Source: Colwellia sp. | GTDB lineage: Bacteria; Pseudomonadota; Gammaproteobacteria; Enterobacterales; Alteromonadaceae | Reading direction: 5' to 3' | Length of the DNA: 64,000 nt | NCBI GenBank assembly: GCA_049607625.1 | Contig: JBMYWR010000003.1 | Span: 1,654-65,653 of the forward strand | Shown here: positions 45,399 to 55,056 of the stretch, in pieces | How the letters are laid out: the number at the start of each line of letters is the position of its first letter | How positions within the stretch are numbered: the first letter of the stretch is position 1 | Program-made: the position numbers and the translations under genes | Notes under the pieces: model-generated | Databases searched by the model: none | Told to the model about the DNA's origin: nothing | The model's input: the letters and a program-made list of their open reading frames with translations, nothing else

Positions 45399-45486
45399 GG
45401 TCTAAGCACCATACTCTTGGTGTCAGCTACCACATGTCGACAAATACCAGTAATCAAGAAAGAATTTACAGTTCAATAGGGGCGAT

Positions 45487-46503
45487 ATGCTTTACTCTCT
45501 CGTTAAAAAAGTTTTATTTAAATTTGATCCAGAAGTTATTCACGAAGCTACTATGGCTGGTTTTAAGGCGACGGGTTCTAATCCATTAAACCTTTTATAT
45601 AAGCAATATGTGCCTAATAAACCGGTAAAAGCCATGGGAATTGAATTCCCTAATCCTGTTGGACTTGCTGCGGGTTTAGATAAAAATGGTGAGGGCATTA
45701 ATGCATTTGCCGCTATGGGGTTTGGTTTCATTGAGATTGGTACTGTAACGCCTCGCCCACAACCAGGCAATGATAAACCAAGAATCTTCCGGTTACCTGA
45801 AGCTAACGCGATTATTAACCGAATGGGTTTTAATAATAAAGGTGTAGACCATCTGGTTGAACAGGTAAGAAAATCACACTTTAAAGGTGTATTAGGTATT
45901 AATATAGGTAAAAACAAAGACACGCCTGATGAAAATGCCAAAGATGATTATATTCATTGTATGCATAAAGTTTATGATTACGCTTCTTATATCACGATTA
46001 ATATATCTTCTCCCAATACCCCAGGGCTAAGAACATTACAATACGGAGAAGCACTAGATGAACTTTTGTCTGCAATTAAAGCAGAGCAAAAAGTACTTGC
46101 TGCATTACATGACAAATATGTTCCGATTGCAGTAAAAATAGCACCAGATCTTAATGAAGAAGAAGTTAATTCAATAGCGAAGTCTTTAATAAAAAATGAA
46201 ATGGACGGTGTTATCGCAACCAATACAACCTTGTCACGTGAAGGTGTTGAAGGTCTAGAGCACTCTGATGAACAAGGTGGTTTAAGTGGCCAACCTGTTA
46301 AAGATAAAAGTACTCAAGTGATTAAATTACTTAGTAAAGCTTTAGACTCTAAATTACCTATTATTGGTGTAGGTGGAATTGCTTCAAGTGAAGATGCCAA
46401 TGAAAAATTAGCTGCGGGAGCAACTCTGGTACAAGTATACTCAGGCTTTATTTATCAAGGACCACCATTGGTTAAGAATATAGTTAAAGGTTACAAGGCC
46501 TAG
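45487..46503 (+). CDS. pyrD: Quinone-dependent dihydroorotate dehydrogenase
   Basis: [31 protein letters not shown]. Confidence 0.97.
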   Translation: MLYSLVKKVLFKFDPEVIHEATMAGFKATGSNPLNLLYKQYVPNKPVKAMGIEFPNPVGLAAGLDKNGEGINAFAAMGFGFIEIGTVTPRPQPGNDKPRIFRLPEANAIINRMGFNNKGVDHLVEQVRKSHFKGVLGINIGKNKDTPDENAKDDYIHCMHKVYDYASYITINISSPNTPGLRTLQYGEALDELLSAIKAEQKVLAALHDKYVPIAVKIAPDLNEEEVNSIAKSLIKNEMDGVIATNTTLSREGVEGLEHSDEQGGLSGQPVKDKSTQVIKLLSKALDSKLPIIGVGGIASSEDANEKLAAGATLVQVYSGFIYQGPPLVKNIVKGYKA

Positions 46504-46520
46504 ACTAGATATAATGAAAC

Positions 46521-46551
46521 AAAAAAGAGGTTCTTACGAACCTCTTTTTTT
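46521..46551. terminator. Bidirectional terminator pyrD/asnB
   Basis: AAAAAAGAGGTTC-TTAC-GAACCTCTTTTTT. Confidence 0.88.
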
Positions 46552-46577
46552 ATTGTACAGAAATATTAGTTATAAGC

Positions 46578-48242
46578 TTAGTAACTTTCGTTATGTACAC
46601 TTAGTACAGCACGACCAGAAGGATCAGCATTGTTTTGGAAACTTTCATCCCATGCTAATGCTTCAACGGTACTACAAGCAACCGATTTACCACCAATAAC
46701 ACAATCAGCTGCAGAGCTAAGCGGATATTTTTCTTCAAAAATACAACGGTAGTAATAGCCTTCTTTACTATCGGGAGTGTTGACAGGGAAGCGGTGAGCA
46801 GCACTTTCTAGTTGTTGATCGGTTACTTGGCTTTCAACAAAAGCTTTTAAACCATCAATCCACGAATAACCAACACCGTCTGAGAATTGCTCTTTTTGAC
46901 GCCACAAAATTTCTTCTGGCAAATACCCTTCAAAAGAAGCACGTAAAATGGCTTTTTCCATTTTTCCATTGCCACACATTTTATCTTCAGGATTAATGCG
47001 CATTGCAACATCCATAAAGTTTTTATCAAGGAATGGAACTCGCGCTTCTATTCCCCAGGCAGACATCGATTTGTTTGCTCTTAAGCAATCGAATTTATGT
47101 AGTCGGTCAAGTTTACGGTTTAACTCTTCATGAAATGCTTGTGCATCTGGTGCTTTATGGAAGTACAAGTAGCCGCCAAAAATTTCATCTGCGCCTTCAC
47201 CAGAAAGTACCATTTTTATACCCATGGCTTTAATTTTTCTTGCCATTAAATACATAGGTGTTGAAGCACGTATGGTCGTTACATCATAAGTTTCAAGGTG
47301 ATATATAACTTCTTTAAGCGCATCAATACCTTCTTGCTCAGTAAAAATAACACTATGGTGAATTGTGCCAATGCTGTCAGCGACAGTTTGAGCTGCAATG
47401 AGATCAGGTGAGCCTTCTAAACCACAAGCAAAAGAATGAACCTTAGGCCACCACGCTTCGCTTAAGTCGTTTTCTTCTATACGTCTTGCTGCAAATTTTT
47501 GCGTAATTGCTGAGATTAACGAAGAGTCGAGTCCGCCTGACAATAATACACCATAAGGTACATCGGTCATTAAATGACTTTTTACTGATTCTTCAAGTGC
47601 TTCTCTGATCTTTGTTTTACTGGTTGTATTGTCTTTTATCGCGCTATATTGTTGCCAGTTACGTTTGTAGTAAGGTTGTATTTTACCAACGCGGCTATCT
47701 AACATATGACCAGGAGGGAACTCTGATACCGTTTTACATAAAGGCATTAAAGCTTTCATTTCAGAGGCAACATAAAAGTTTCCTTCGCTATCAAAACCGG
47801 TATAAAGCGGGATAATCCCGATATGATCTCGTGCTACTAGGTAAGTATTATCGGTTTCATTATATAAAATGAATGCGAACATACCTTGCAATTTATCTAT
47901 GAAGTCAACACCAAACTCTTCATATAGTGGTAAAATTACTTCACAATCAGATGCCGTTTGAAACTCATAATCGACGTTTAATTTACTGGCTAAAGTTTTA
48001 TGGTTATATATCTCTCCGTTAACGGCAAGAATATTTGTTTTACTTTTATTATAAAGCGGTTGAGCACCATGCTCTGTATCGACAATAGAAAGTCTTTCAT
48101 GAACTAAAATAGCGTTGTCATTACTATAAACCCCAGACCAGTCAGGGCCACGATGACGTAATAAACGAGAACATTCTATTGCTTGAGGACGAAGTGCATC
48201 AGCACCTGTTTTTATATCTAAAATACCAAAGATCGAACACAT
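46578..48242 (-). CDS. asnB: Glutamine-hydrolysing asparagine synthetase B
   Basis: N-terminal Cys2 (MCSIFG), HRGPDW, NGEIYN, LSGGLDSS, SGEGADE. Confidence 0.97.
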   Translation of the reverse strand: MCSIFGILDIKTGADALRPQAIECSRLLRHRGPDWSGVYSNDNAILVHERLSIVDTEHGAQPLYNKSKTNILAVNGEIYNHKTLASKLNVDYEFQTASDCEVILPLYEEFGVDFIDKLQGMFAFILYNETDNTYLVARDHIGIIPLYTGFDSEGNFYVASEMKALMPLCKTVSEFPPGHMLDSRVGKIQPYYKRNWQQYSAIKDNTTSKTKIREALEESVKSHLMTDVPYGVLLSGGLDSSLISAITQKFAARRIEENDLSEAWWPKVHSFACGLEGSPDLIAAQTVADSIGTIHHSVIFTEQEGIDALKEVIYHLETYDVTTIRASTPMYLMARKIKAMGIKMVLSGEGADEIFGGYLYFHKAPDAQAFHEELNRKLDRLHKFDCLRANKSMSAWGIEARVPFLDKNFMDVAMRINPEDKMCGNGKMEKAILRASFEGYLPEEILWRQKEQFSDGVGYSWIDGLKAFVESQVTDQQLESAAHRFPVNTPDSKEGYYYRCIFEEKYPLSSAADCVIGGKSVACSTVEALAWDESFQNNADPSGRAVLSVHNESY

Positions 48243-48484
48243 TGAAGCGCTACTCCTTTAAGTTAATTAATGTGAATTGTAGTCCTGAATAGATTACCTT
48301 AAGCAGGTGCACGTATTAGGAAAGCCCACTTTGACAGGTTTGAATAAAAAATCAATAGATAAAAGACTAACTCTTCATATATTTAATTATAAAGCTTTAG
48401 CAATTTGATCTTCCGTTGTTTTTTGTTTGTTTAATGCACAATTAAATCAAACTTTGACCTGGTAGCTTATTTAATTTAAATTAC

Positions 48485-48504
48485 TTAAGCCGAGTTCAGC
48501 TTAA
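48485..48504. repeat. Dispersed short repeat, copy 3
   Basis: TTAAGCCGAGTTCAGCTTAA, near-palindromic; 17/18 identical to 15309-15326. Confidence 0.6.
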
Positions 48505-48579
48505 TTAGCGGGTATGTTGTAGATTTTTTAATTTTCTGAACATTGCATTCAACATGAAAATTTATTAGGTATAGAGGAT

Positions 48580-49068
48580 TTGAGTTTTATGGTTAAGAAG
48601 GTAATCTTAGGTTTTTTTATTCTTGCCTTAACTCTTTATTATATCAAAGCCGAGCCAAAGCCAAGTTCGGCTAAAGACGAATTAGAACAGATATTATCCC
48701 AACACCATGGCAAGGTGATTTATCTCGACTTTTGGGCTTCATGGTGTGGGCCTTGCCGAAAGTCTTTTCCTTGGATGAACCGAATACAGGAAGAATATGC
48801 GCAACAGGGGTTTGTCGTATTAAGTGTTAATTTAGATGCTAACGAGTCTCTAGCCTTAAATTTTCTATTAGAAAATCCTGCTAATTTTGAAGTGATCTAT
48901 GACCCTAAAGGGGACACAGCAAAACATTTTTCAATTAAAGGTATGCCAAGCAGTCTGTTAATTGGCCGTGATGGTGATATTAACTCGGCACACACAGGGT
49001 TTGATACAAAACTTATTGAAACTTATCAACAAAAGATAGAAGCGTTACTTAGTCATAAAACAACTTGA
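48580..49068 (+). CDS. TlpA-family thiol:disulfide oxidoreductase (start may be the ATG at 48589)
   Basis: DFWASWCGPC, GMPSS cis-Pro loop, N-terminal hydrophobic anchor. Confidence 0.9.
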   Translation: MSFMVKKVILGFFILALTLYYIKAEPKPSSAKDELEQILSQHHGKVIYLDFWASWCGPCRKSFPWMNRIQEEYAQQGFVVLSVNLDANESLALNFLLENPANFEVIYDPKGDTAKHFSIKGMPSSLLIGRDGDINSAHTGFDTKLIETYQQKIEALLSHKTT

Positions 49069-49147
49069 TTATTACTTTTAATTCAGGCTATTGTGTTTAA
49101 AGAAAACCTATTAATAGTTACGCAATTTATAACAGAACGAGAACGGC

Positions 49148-49408
49148 ATGAAAAAATTAAAACATGAAGCAGAGTTATTAAAGAAAGCCTTATTAATAGG
49201 CGAGAAGTACGCCATTAATCGTGGTTATAAAAGTTTTAGTGCAACGAACTCAGCAAAAGATAAAATAGAAAGCTTATATAGGTTACTTGTTAACGATAAA
49301 TTAATACAGCCGTTAGCTTTAGATCAAGAAAGCCAGCCTAATATGCGACACAAACTTGCCCTTTGGATTGCTAAGCAGCTTCCAGATGACCACCCTTTAC
49401 TTAAATAG
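49148..49408 (+). CDS. Small conserved hypothetical protein (DUF5062-like)
   Basis: 86 aa; YRLLVxDKLIQPL and NMxHKLALW motifs recalled from Vibrio/Alteromonadales small proteins. Confidence 0.7.
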   Translation: MKKLKHEAELLKKALLIGEKYAINRGYKSFSATNSAKDKIESLYRLLVNDKLIQPLALDQESQPNMRHKLALWIAKQLPDDHPLLK

Positions 49409-49417
49409 GCTAAATAA

Positions 49418-49520
49418 GTGAAATAGGTGAAATAGGTGAAATAGATAATGCTTAAACACTGCTAAAAAAGCTATTGCTAATATCATTTAACTTTTAACTT
49501 TTAACTTTTAACTTTTAACT
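49418..49520. repeat. Microsatellites: (GTGAAATAG)x3 at 49418-49444 and (TTTAACT)x5 at 49486-49520
   Basis: Read directly from the sequence. Confidence 0.9.
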
Positions 49521-49529
49521 TTATTATTT

Positions 49530-50138
49530 TTACGCGGTTTTAAATAAAGTCCATGCGATAAACCACATCATTAAACCTATAGTTGTATCTATACAGCGTC
49601 TAACTTTAGGTTTAGATAATGCTTTTGATAATTTAGCTGCGCTTGTGGCTAGTGCTGTAAACCAAAAAATAGACCCAAATATGGCACCAAATAAAAAGTA
49701 GTACTTATCTATACCACTATATTGCCCACCGACACTACCAATTACCATTACGGTATCTATATAAGCATGTGGGTTAAGAAAGGTCACGATCAGACTTGTT
49801 ATAAATACTATATAAAAAGATTTATTAACACGTGTTATCTCACTTCCTGTTGTATCACAAAACCATGCATTCTTTAATGACATAGCGCCATATATGAGTA
49901 AGAAACTGATACCACCCCATGTAAGAAAGCTATATAGCAATTCGTTACTTGATAAAATTAGGCTACCACCAAGTACACCTATAGAGATAAGAATCGCATC
50001 ATAAATTATAAATAAGCCAGCTGTTTTAATATGATGATTCTTATTTATTCCTTGAGTAAGTAACATGGCATTTTGACTACCAATAGGAATTATCATCGTT
50101 AAAGTCAATGTAAATCCTTTGAGTAAAATTAAAAACAT
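49530..50138 (-). CDS. argO: LysE/ArgO amino-acid exporter (start reassigned to MFLILL)
   Basis: IPIGSQN, TFLNPHAYIDT, multiple TM helices; divergent from an ArgP-like regulator. Confidence 0.82.
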   Translation of the reverse strand: MFLILLKGFTLTLTMIIPIGSQNAMLLTQGINKNHHIKTAGLFIIYDAILISIGVLGGSLILSSNELLYSFLTWGGISFLLIYGAMSLKNAWFCDTTGSEITRVNKSFYIVFITSLIVTFLNPHAYIDTVMVIGSVGGQYSGIDKYYFLFGAIFGSIFWFTALATSAAKLSKALSKPKVRRCIDTTIGLMMWFIAWTLFKTA

Positions 50139-50245
50139 CTGTAAACCTTTAATTGAGATATGAATAAATAAAATGACGCTGGTAGTTTGCACTTTTTCTC
50201 AATATAAATATAATTAATTAAACTTATTTAACATAAGAAAAACTT

Positions 50246-51139
50246 ATGAAGAGTCTGGATTATAAATTACTCGATGCATTATCTATTATTATGGAAGTGC
50301 AAAGCTTTGAAATAGCGGCAAATAAATTATTTATTAGTCAATCCGCTATTTCACAAAGAATCAAATTATTAGAGGAAAATATTGGGGAGCCTTTACTTAT
50401 TAGGCGACACCCAATCACATTAACAGCAACGGGAGCTAAACTTGTTTCTCATCATAAAAAAATAAACCAGCTAGAGCGTGAGTTAATAGAAGATATTACA
50501 AATGAAGCTCCGACAAAGCCCGTTAAAGTATCTATTGCTGTCAATGCTGATAGCATTGCAACGTGGTTCATTAAAGCGATAGCGCCGATATTAAAAAACT
50601 ACTTAATTGAGCTAGATTTAATTACCGAGCATGAAGATAGAACGTTACAAAAATTACAAACAGGCGAAGCTATCGGCGCTGTAAGCTCAGTTAAAACGCC
50701 ATTAAAAGGTTATCAATCTGAATTGTTAGGACAAATACGCTATTGCCTGGTTTGCTCTCCTGAATTTAAAGTTAAATATTTTAATAATGGTGTTAATAGT
50801 CAAACATTGAAAATGGCACCAGCTATAAGCTTTGATCATAAAGATGACATGCATGTTCAATATATTGCTAAACACTTTCATTTAAAGGCTCATGAATATT
50901 ACTGTCATACGGTTAGATCCTCAGAAGCCTTCGTAGAGTTGGCTTTACAAGGTGGTGCGTATTGTTTACTACCGCAATTACAAATTGAATCAGCACTAAA
51001 GCAGGGGAAATTGGTTGAACTTTGTGCAAATAAAGAGCTAATAAAACCGATGTATTGGCATAGTTGGGTTCTGGTTACGGGAATGAATAAAAAAATATCA
51101 AATGAAATTATAAGCACGGGTAGAAGGCTATTAAGCTAG
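50246..51139 (+). CDS. argP: LysR-family regulator ArgP/IciA
   Basis: LDYKLL, SQSAISQRIK, AVNADSIATWF, SSEAFV, YWH. Confidence 0.88.
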   Translation: MKSLDYKLLDALSIIMEVQSFEIAANKLFISQSAISQRIKLLEENIGEPLLIRRHPITLTATGAKLVSHHKKINQLERELIEDITNEAPTKPVKVSIAVNADSIATWFIKAIAPILKNYLIELDLITEHEDRTLQKLQTGEAIGAVSSVKTPLKGYQSELLGQIRYCLVCSPEFKVKYFNNGVNSQTLKMAPAISFDHKDDMHVQYIAKHFHLKAHEYYCHTVRSSEAFVELALQGGAYCLLPQLQIESALKQGKLVELCANKELIKPMYWHSWVLVTGMNKKISNEIISTGRRLLS

Positions 51140-51253
51140 TCTAAATATCCTAATATCGGAAATATAAAGTAACTTAATGAATATTAAAAGATTCGATGCA
51201 CATTATTAGATTTACTTGTTATGATAATTAATTATCATAAAGAGGTGTGCGAA

Positions 51254-52330
51254 ATGGGATTTAGTTTAGATAAATATAGTCGAGTTAAGTTATTTATTAT
51301 ATTAGCCAGTCTAGTTATTATTTTAGCAGGCATAAAAGCCGCTTCTTCTATTATCGTACCATTTCTTTTATCGATTTTTATTGCCATTATGTGCAATCCG
51401 CTTATTAGCAAGGCTACGGAGTATAAAATACCGAAGGGTATTTCAGTTATTTTTGTAATTTCTGTGTTTGTCAGTATTGTGTTTTTTCTTGCAGGATTAA
51501 TAGGCAACTCGTTAAATGAACTTTCTGTTTTAATTCCACATTATAGAGAACAGCTAAATGAACAATTTAGCTGGCTTGCTCCTTTGCTGAGTAAATATAA
51601 TATCAATGCTTCTTATAGTGTATTACTGGCCTATCTAGACCCAGCAGCTGCAATGGGTTTTGCTGCTCAGCTTTTAAGTAGTTTTAGTGCCATGATGGCG
51701 AATATGCTTTTAATTATCCTAACGGTTGTTTTTATGTTGTTTGAAGCTTCATCTATTACATTAAAGTTGCATCTTGCACTTGACGACCCTGACATGCGCC
51801 AACAGCAAATTGAAAGATTTATCGAATCTGTAAATAACTATATTGCCATTAAAACTTTAGTCAGTATTTTAACGGGTTGTATCGTATCTTTCATGCTGTG
51901 GTTATTTAACTTAGACTTTTTCTTGTTGTGGGGCGTACTTGCATTTTTATTTAATTATATCCCTAACATCGGCTCTATTATTGCCGCGATACCAGCTATT
52001 ATTTTGGCTATTTTACAACTTGGTTTCGGTGATGCGGGCTTGATTGCTATTGGCTACTTATGCATAAATATGGTTATGGGCAATATCATTGAGCCTCGCT
52101 ATTTAGGTAAAGGCCTTGGTTTATCAACTTTGGTTGTATTCTTATCGTTAATTTTCTGGGGATGGTTATTAGGTACTGTTGGTATGCTGTTAAGTGTCCC
52201 TTTAACGATGATCCTAAAAATCGCATCAGAAAAGTCACCTTCGGCTAACTGGTTTTCAACCTTATTAAGTGATGAAGAAACGGTTATATCATTGACCAAA
52301 GAGAACCAAATAAAAGCAATTGAAGAGTGA
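51254..52330 (+). CDS. AI-2E family transporter (TqsA/YhhT-like)
   Basis: NYIPNIGS, GNIIEP, FWGWLLG, many TM helices; GAGGTG RBS before MGFSLD. Confidence 0.88.
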   Translation: MGFSLDKYSRVKLFIILASLVIILAGIKAASSIIVPFLLSIFIAIMCNPLISKATEYKIPKGISVIFVISVFVSIVFFLAGLIGNSLNELSVLIPHYREQLNEQFSWLAPLLSKYNINASYSVLLAYLDPAAAMGFAAQLLSSFSAMMANMLLIILTVVFMLFEASSITLKLHLALDDPDMRQQQIERFIESVNNYIAIKTLVSILTGCIVSFMLWLFNLDFFLLWGVLAFLFNYIPNIGSIIAAIPAIILAILQLGFGDAGLIAIGYLCINMVMGNIIEPRYLGKGLGLSTLVVFLSLIFWGWLLGTVGMLLSVPLTMILKIASEKSPSANWFSTLLSDEETVISLTKENQIKAIEE

Positions 52331-52370
52331 AGCAGAACATAAAAGTATTGATGTCCTGCTGTATTAATTT

Positions 52371-52673
52371 TTAATGAGGAAGTACTTTTTTATAAGGTTT
52401 AACGGTGACTTTTTTATATACCCCAGCTTTTATATAAGGGTCATCATTAGCCCATTCTTGTGCGGCTATCAATGAGTCAAATTCTGCTATTATCAACGAA
52501 CCAGTAAAGCCTACCTCACCTGGGTCTTCGCTGTCGATAGCAGGACAGGGACCAGCAACAAACAACTTCCCTTGCTCTTGCAGATTAACTAACCGAGCGA
52601 TATGCTGTTCTCTAACTGACAACCGTTTACTTAATGAATTCTCATTATCTTCGCTATAAATTAAATAAAACAT
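52371..52673 (-). CDS. yciI: YciI family protein
   Basis: [23 protein letters not shown]. Confidence 0.9.
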   Translation of the reverse strand: MFYLIYSEDNENSLSKRLSVREQHIARLVNLQEQGKLFVAGPCPAIDSEDPGEVGFTGSLIIAEFDSLIAAQEWANDDPYIKAGVYKKVTVKPYKKVLPH

Positions 52674-52690
52674 AATTTTCCTTATGATGA

Positions 52691-53284
52691 TTAATTGTTT
52701 TTATTTGTTTCTTCAGTGTTGTTTTTAATAGATAATTTTTCAATATCAGCTTCATCTTGAGGAAAGTATCGTGACAAATACAACATCGATATTATGGTAA
52801 ATGCAAATGTGAGGCCGGTTAATCCGAACACTTTAAAATTAACCCATACTTCTAATTCAAAATTAAAAGCAATGTAGTAATTAAGTAGACCGCATAACGC
52901 AAAAAAAGTAGCCCAAGCTAAATTTAATTTATTCCAGACTTTATTAGGTAAATCAGGTAGATTACCTTCTAGTAACCTTTTTATAATGTTGTTTTTAAAA
53001 CCATAGTGACTGATTAAAAGTACAAGAGCGAAAAGCTCATTTATAACCGTTACTTTCCACTTAATAAAAGCATCATTATGAAAGAAAATGGTTAGACCAC
53101 CAAAGAACACTAAAATACCAAGAACAACCCAATGTCGTGTAGGTATTTTTTCTTTTTTTATCACAAAATACAGCATGTGTATGCCAGATGTTACAATTAA
53201 GGCGCCAGTGGCCCAATAAATATCGTAAAATTTATTAACAACAAAGAAGACGACAAGCGGTAAATATTCTAAAACAACATTCAT
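52691..53284 (-). CDS. yciB: Inner-membrane septation protein YciB/IspZ
   Basis: [21 protein letters not shown]. Confidence 0.92.
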   Translation of the reverse strand: MNVVLEYLPLVVFFVVNKFYDIYWATGALIVTSGIHMLYFVIKKEKIPTRHWVVLGILVFFGGLTIFFHNDAFIKWKVTVINELFALVLLISHYGFKNNIIKRLLEGNLPDLPNKVWNKLNLAWATFFALCGLLNYYIAFNFELEVWVNFKVFGLTGLTFAFTIISMLYLSRYFPQDEADIEKLSIKNNTEETNKNN

Positions 53285-53478
53285 GGAAAGCCTTAATACT
53301 AAACAAGCAAACTGAGATACGAAAAGTTCGTACTATATCTAAAGAAGACCAACAATAAAAGGTAACTTATATAAATAAACCTCTTTAATAGTGCTTATCC
53401 GTGCTAATTAAAACTTAAAAGATTAAATTACTGCTTTGGTCTATATTTAACCTAATGGTACTTTTATTAGGTGAATCA

Positions 53479-53901
53479 ATGTCAACAGCGCAAGAATTTG
53501 AAAGTATGGGTGGAAGAAGTGCTTTAATTACGATAAATAAGGTTTTTTACGATAAAATATATCAACATCCATGGCTTAAGTTATATTTTGAAGAAATACC
53601 TCAAGAGCATATCGAATCTCAACAAGTAGACTTTATGCAAAAAGTCTTAGGTGGAGAAAATGTTTATGTCGGTAAAACACCGCCTAATAGTCACACCCAT
53701 ATGTTTATTCCAGATGAACTTTTCGAAGAAAGAAAAAAACTATTATGCGAAGCTTTTGTTGAATCAAACGCTAGTCAGCAACTGATAGATAAATGGCTTT
53801 TTCTAGATGAGTCTTTTAGGCGCTTTATAGTTAAAAAACACATTGATGAATGCCAGCCGCGATTCAAAACTGATCCTATCTTAAACTTCCCCAAACCATA
53901 A
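53479..53901 (+). CDS. Truncated (2/2) haemoglobin, group I-like (start reassigned to MSTAQE)
   Basis: AB-corner GG, B9-B10 FY, second GG (LGGENVY), candidate proximal His (NSHTH). Confidence 0.8.
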   Translation: MSTAQEFESMGGRSALITINKVFYDKIYQHPWLKLYFEEIPQEHIESQQVDFMQKVLGGENVYVGKTPPNSHTHMFIPDELFEERKKLLCEAFVESNASQQLIDKWLFLDESFRRFIVKKHIDECQPRFKTDPILNFPKP

Positions 53902-54213
53902 AACCGTAGATATAGTGAATTTTTTATCTATCTCAAATGTGCATTTAATCATTAATTTGCTGCTAAAAAGCGTATTTTATAAAGCCTTCAATAGCTTAAA
54001 TGTAACTAATTAGTTTGTTTATTTGCATTTTGAAAATTTTGTGCTAGTTAAAAAAAATATTTAAGAGCTATTTTCTACACAAATAATAATATTAATTTAG
54101 TCTTTAATTCAGTGGCTTATGAGTTGAGTTAGTTAAATCATGGTGGCTTTCTTGCTTTAGCTTAAATCTAACTTATAATTAAAAATACAAATATGATTTA
54201 AAGCAAGTAAAAA

Positions 54214-54489
54214 TTGATGATTAAACTTCCCAATGAATTAACGATTGCTCATGTAGATCAATATAAAGCAACGATATTAGCTGAAATAGATCAACAAGAA
54301 ACAATCGAACTTGATGATTCGGACTTAGAACGTTTAGATACTATCGGGGTGCAGTTTATTCTTGCCGTTGTAACTTATATACATGCACAAGGAAAACAAC
54401 TTAGCTGGAATTCAACATCTAAAGCATTAAAAGATAGCTTAATCCAGCTTGGTATTAATGATGACCTTGTGATGCAGTATTTAAAGTAA
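54214..54489 (+). CDS. STAS-domain protein (anti-anti-sigma-like)
   Basis: LPNELTI..., LERLDTIGVQ STAS loop; 91 aa; first gene before cheY. Confidence 0.82.
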   Translation: MMIKLPNELTIAHVDQYKATILAEIDQQETIELDDSDLERLDTIGVQFILAVVTYIHAQGKQLSWNSTSKALKDSLIQLGINDDLVMQYLK

Positions 54490-54608
54490 AAGTATATAAA
54501 TAGCAGCTTAGAAAGTGTTCGATAAGCTGCAGGATTAATGCGTTAAGAGTTAGATTTAACATACCAATTCAATCCAAAAATTAGACTTTCTAATGAGAGG
54601 AACATTAA

Positions 54609-54971
54609 ATGACTAAGGTGTTAGTTGTCGACGATTCAAATTCGATAAGAGATATGGTGAGCTTTACGTTAAAGAGTGCAGGTTATGCAACCGTTGAGGC
54701 AAAAGATGGATCTGATGGATTGAATAAAGCCCAAGCAGAGAAATTCGACCTCGTTATAACAGATGTCAATATGCCGTTAATGGATGGAATAACTTTATGT
54801 TCAGAACTTCGAAAATTAAGTAGCTTTCAATTTGTTCCAATTCTTATGTTAACGACAGAGAGCTCTACCGATATGAAAATGAAAGGAAAGGCCGCTGGAG
54901 CAACCGGTTGGTTAGTTAAACCTTTCAATCCAGAGAAGTTATTAGCGACAATTAAGAGGGTTGTGAGGTAA
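54609..54971 (+). CDS. cheY: CheY-type response regulator
   Basis: VVDDS, ITDVNMP, LTTE, WLVKPF. Confidence 0.9.
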   Translation: MTKVLVVDDSNSIRDMVSFTLKSAGYATVEAKDGSDGLNKAQAEKFDLVITDVNMPLMDGITLCSELRKLSSFQFVPILMLTTESSTDMKMKGKAAGATGWLVKPFNPEKLLATIKRVVR

Positions 54972-55056
54972 ACATAATCTCCTGATATTTGAATACATCA
55001 CCAGTTTTAGTGCATTGCATTTGGTTCATAAATTTAGTCACATTAGGTAAATAACT

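Noticed and set aside
54497-54531. Sigma28 promoter before cheY (TAAA...TTCGATAA)
   Set aside because: Spacing and -10 deviate from the FliA consensus; better explained as a GCAGCTTA/TAAGCTGC hairpin
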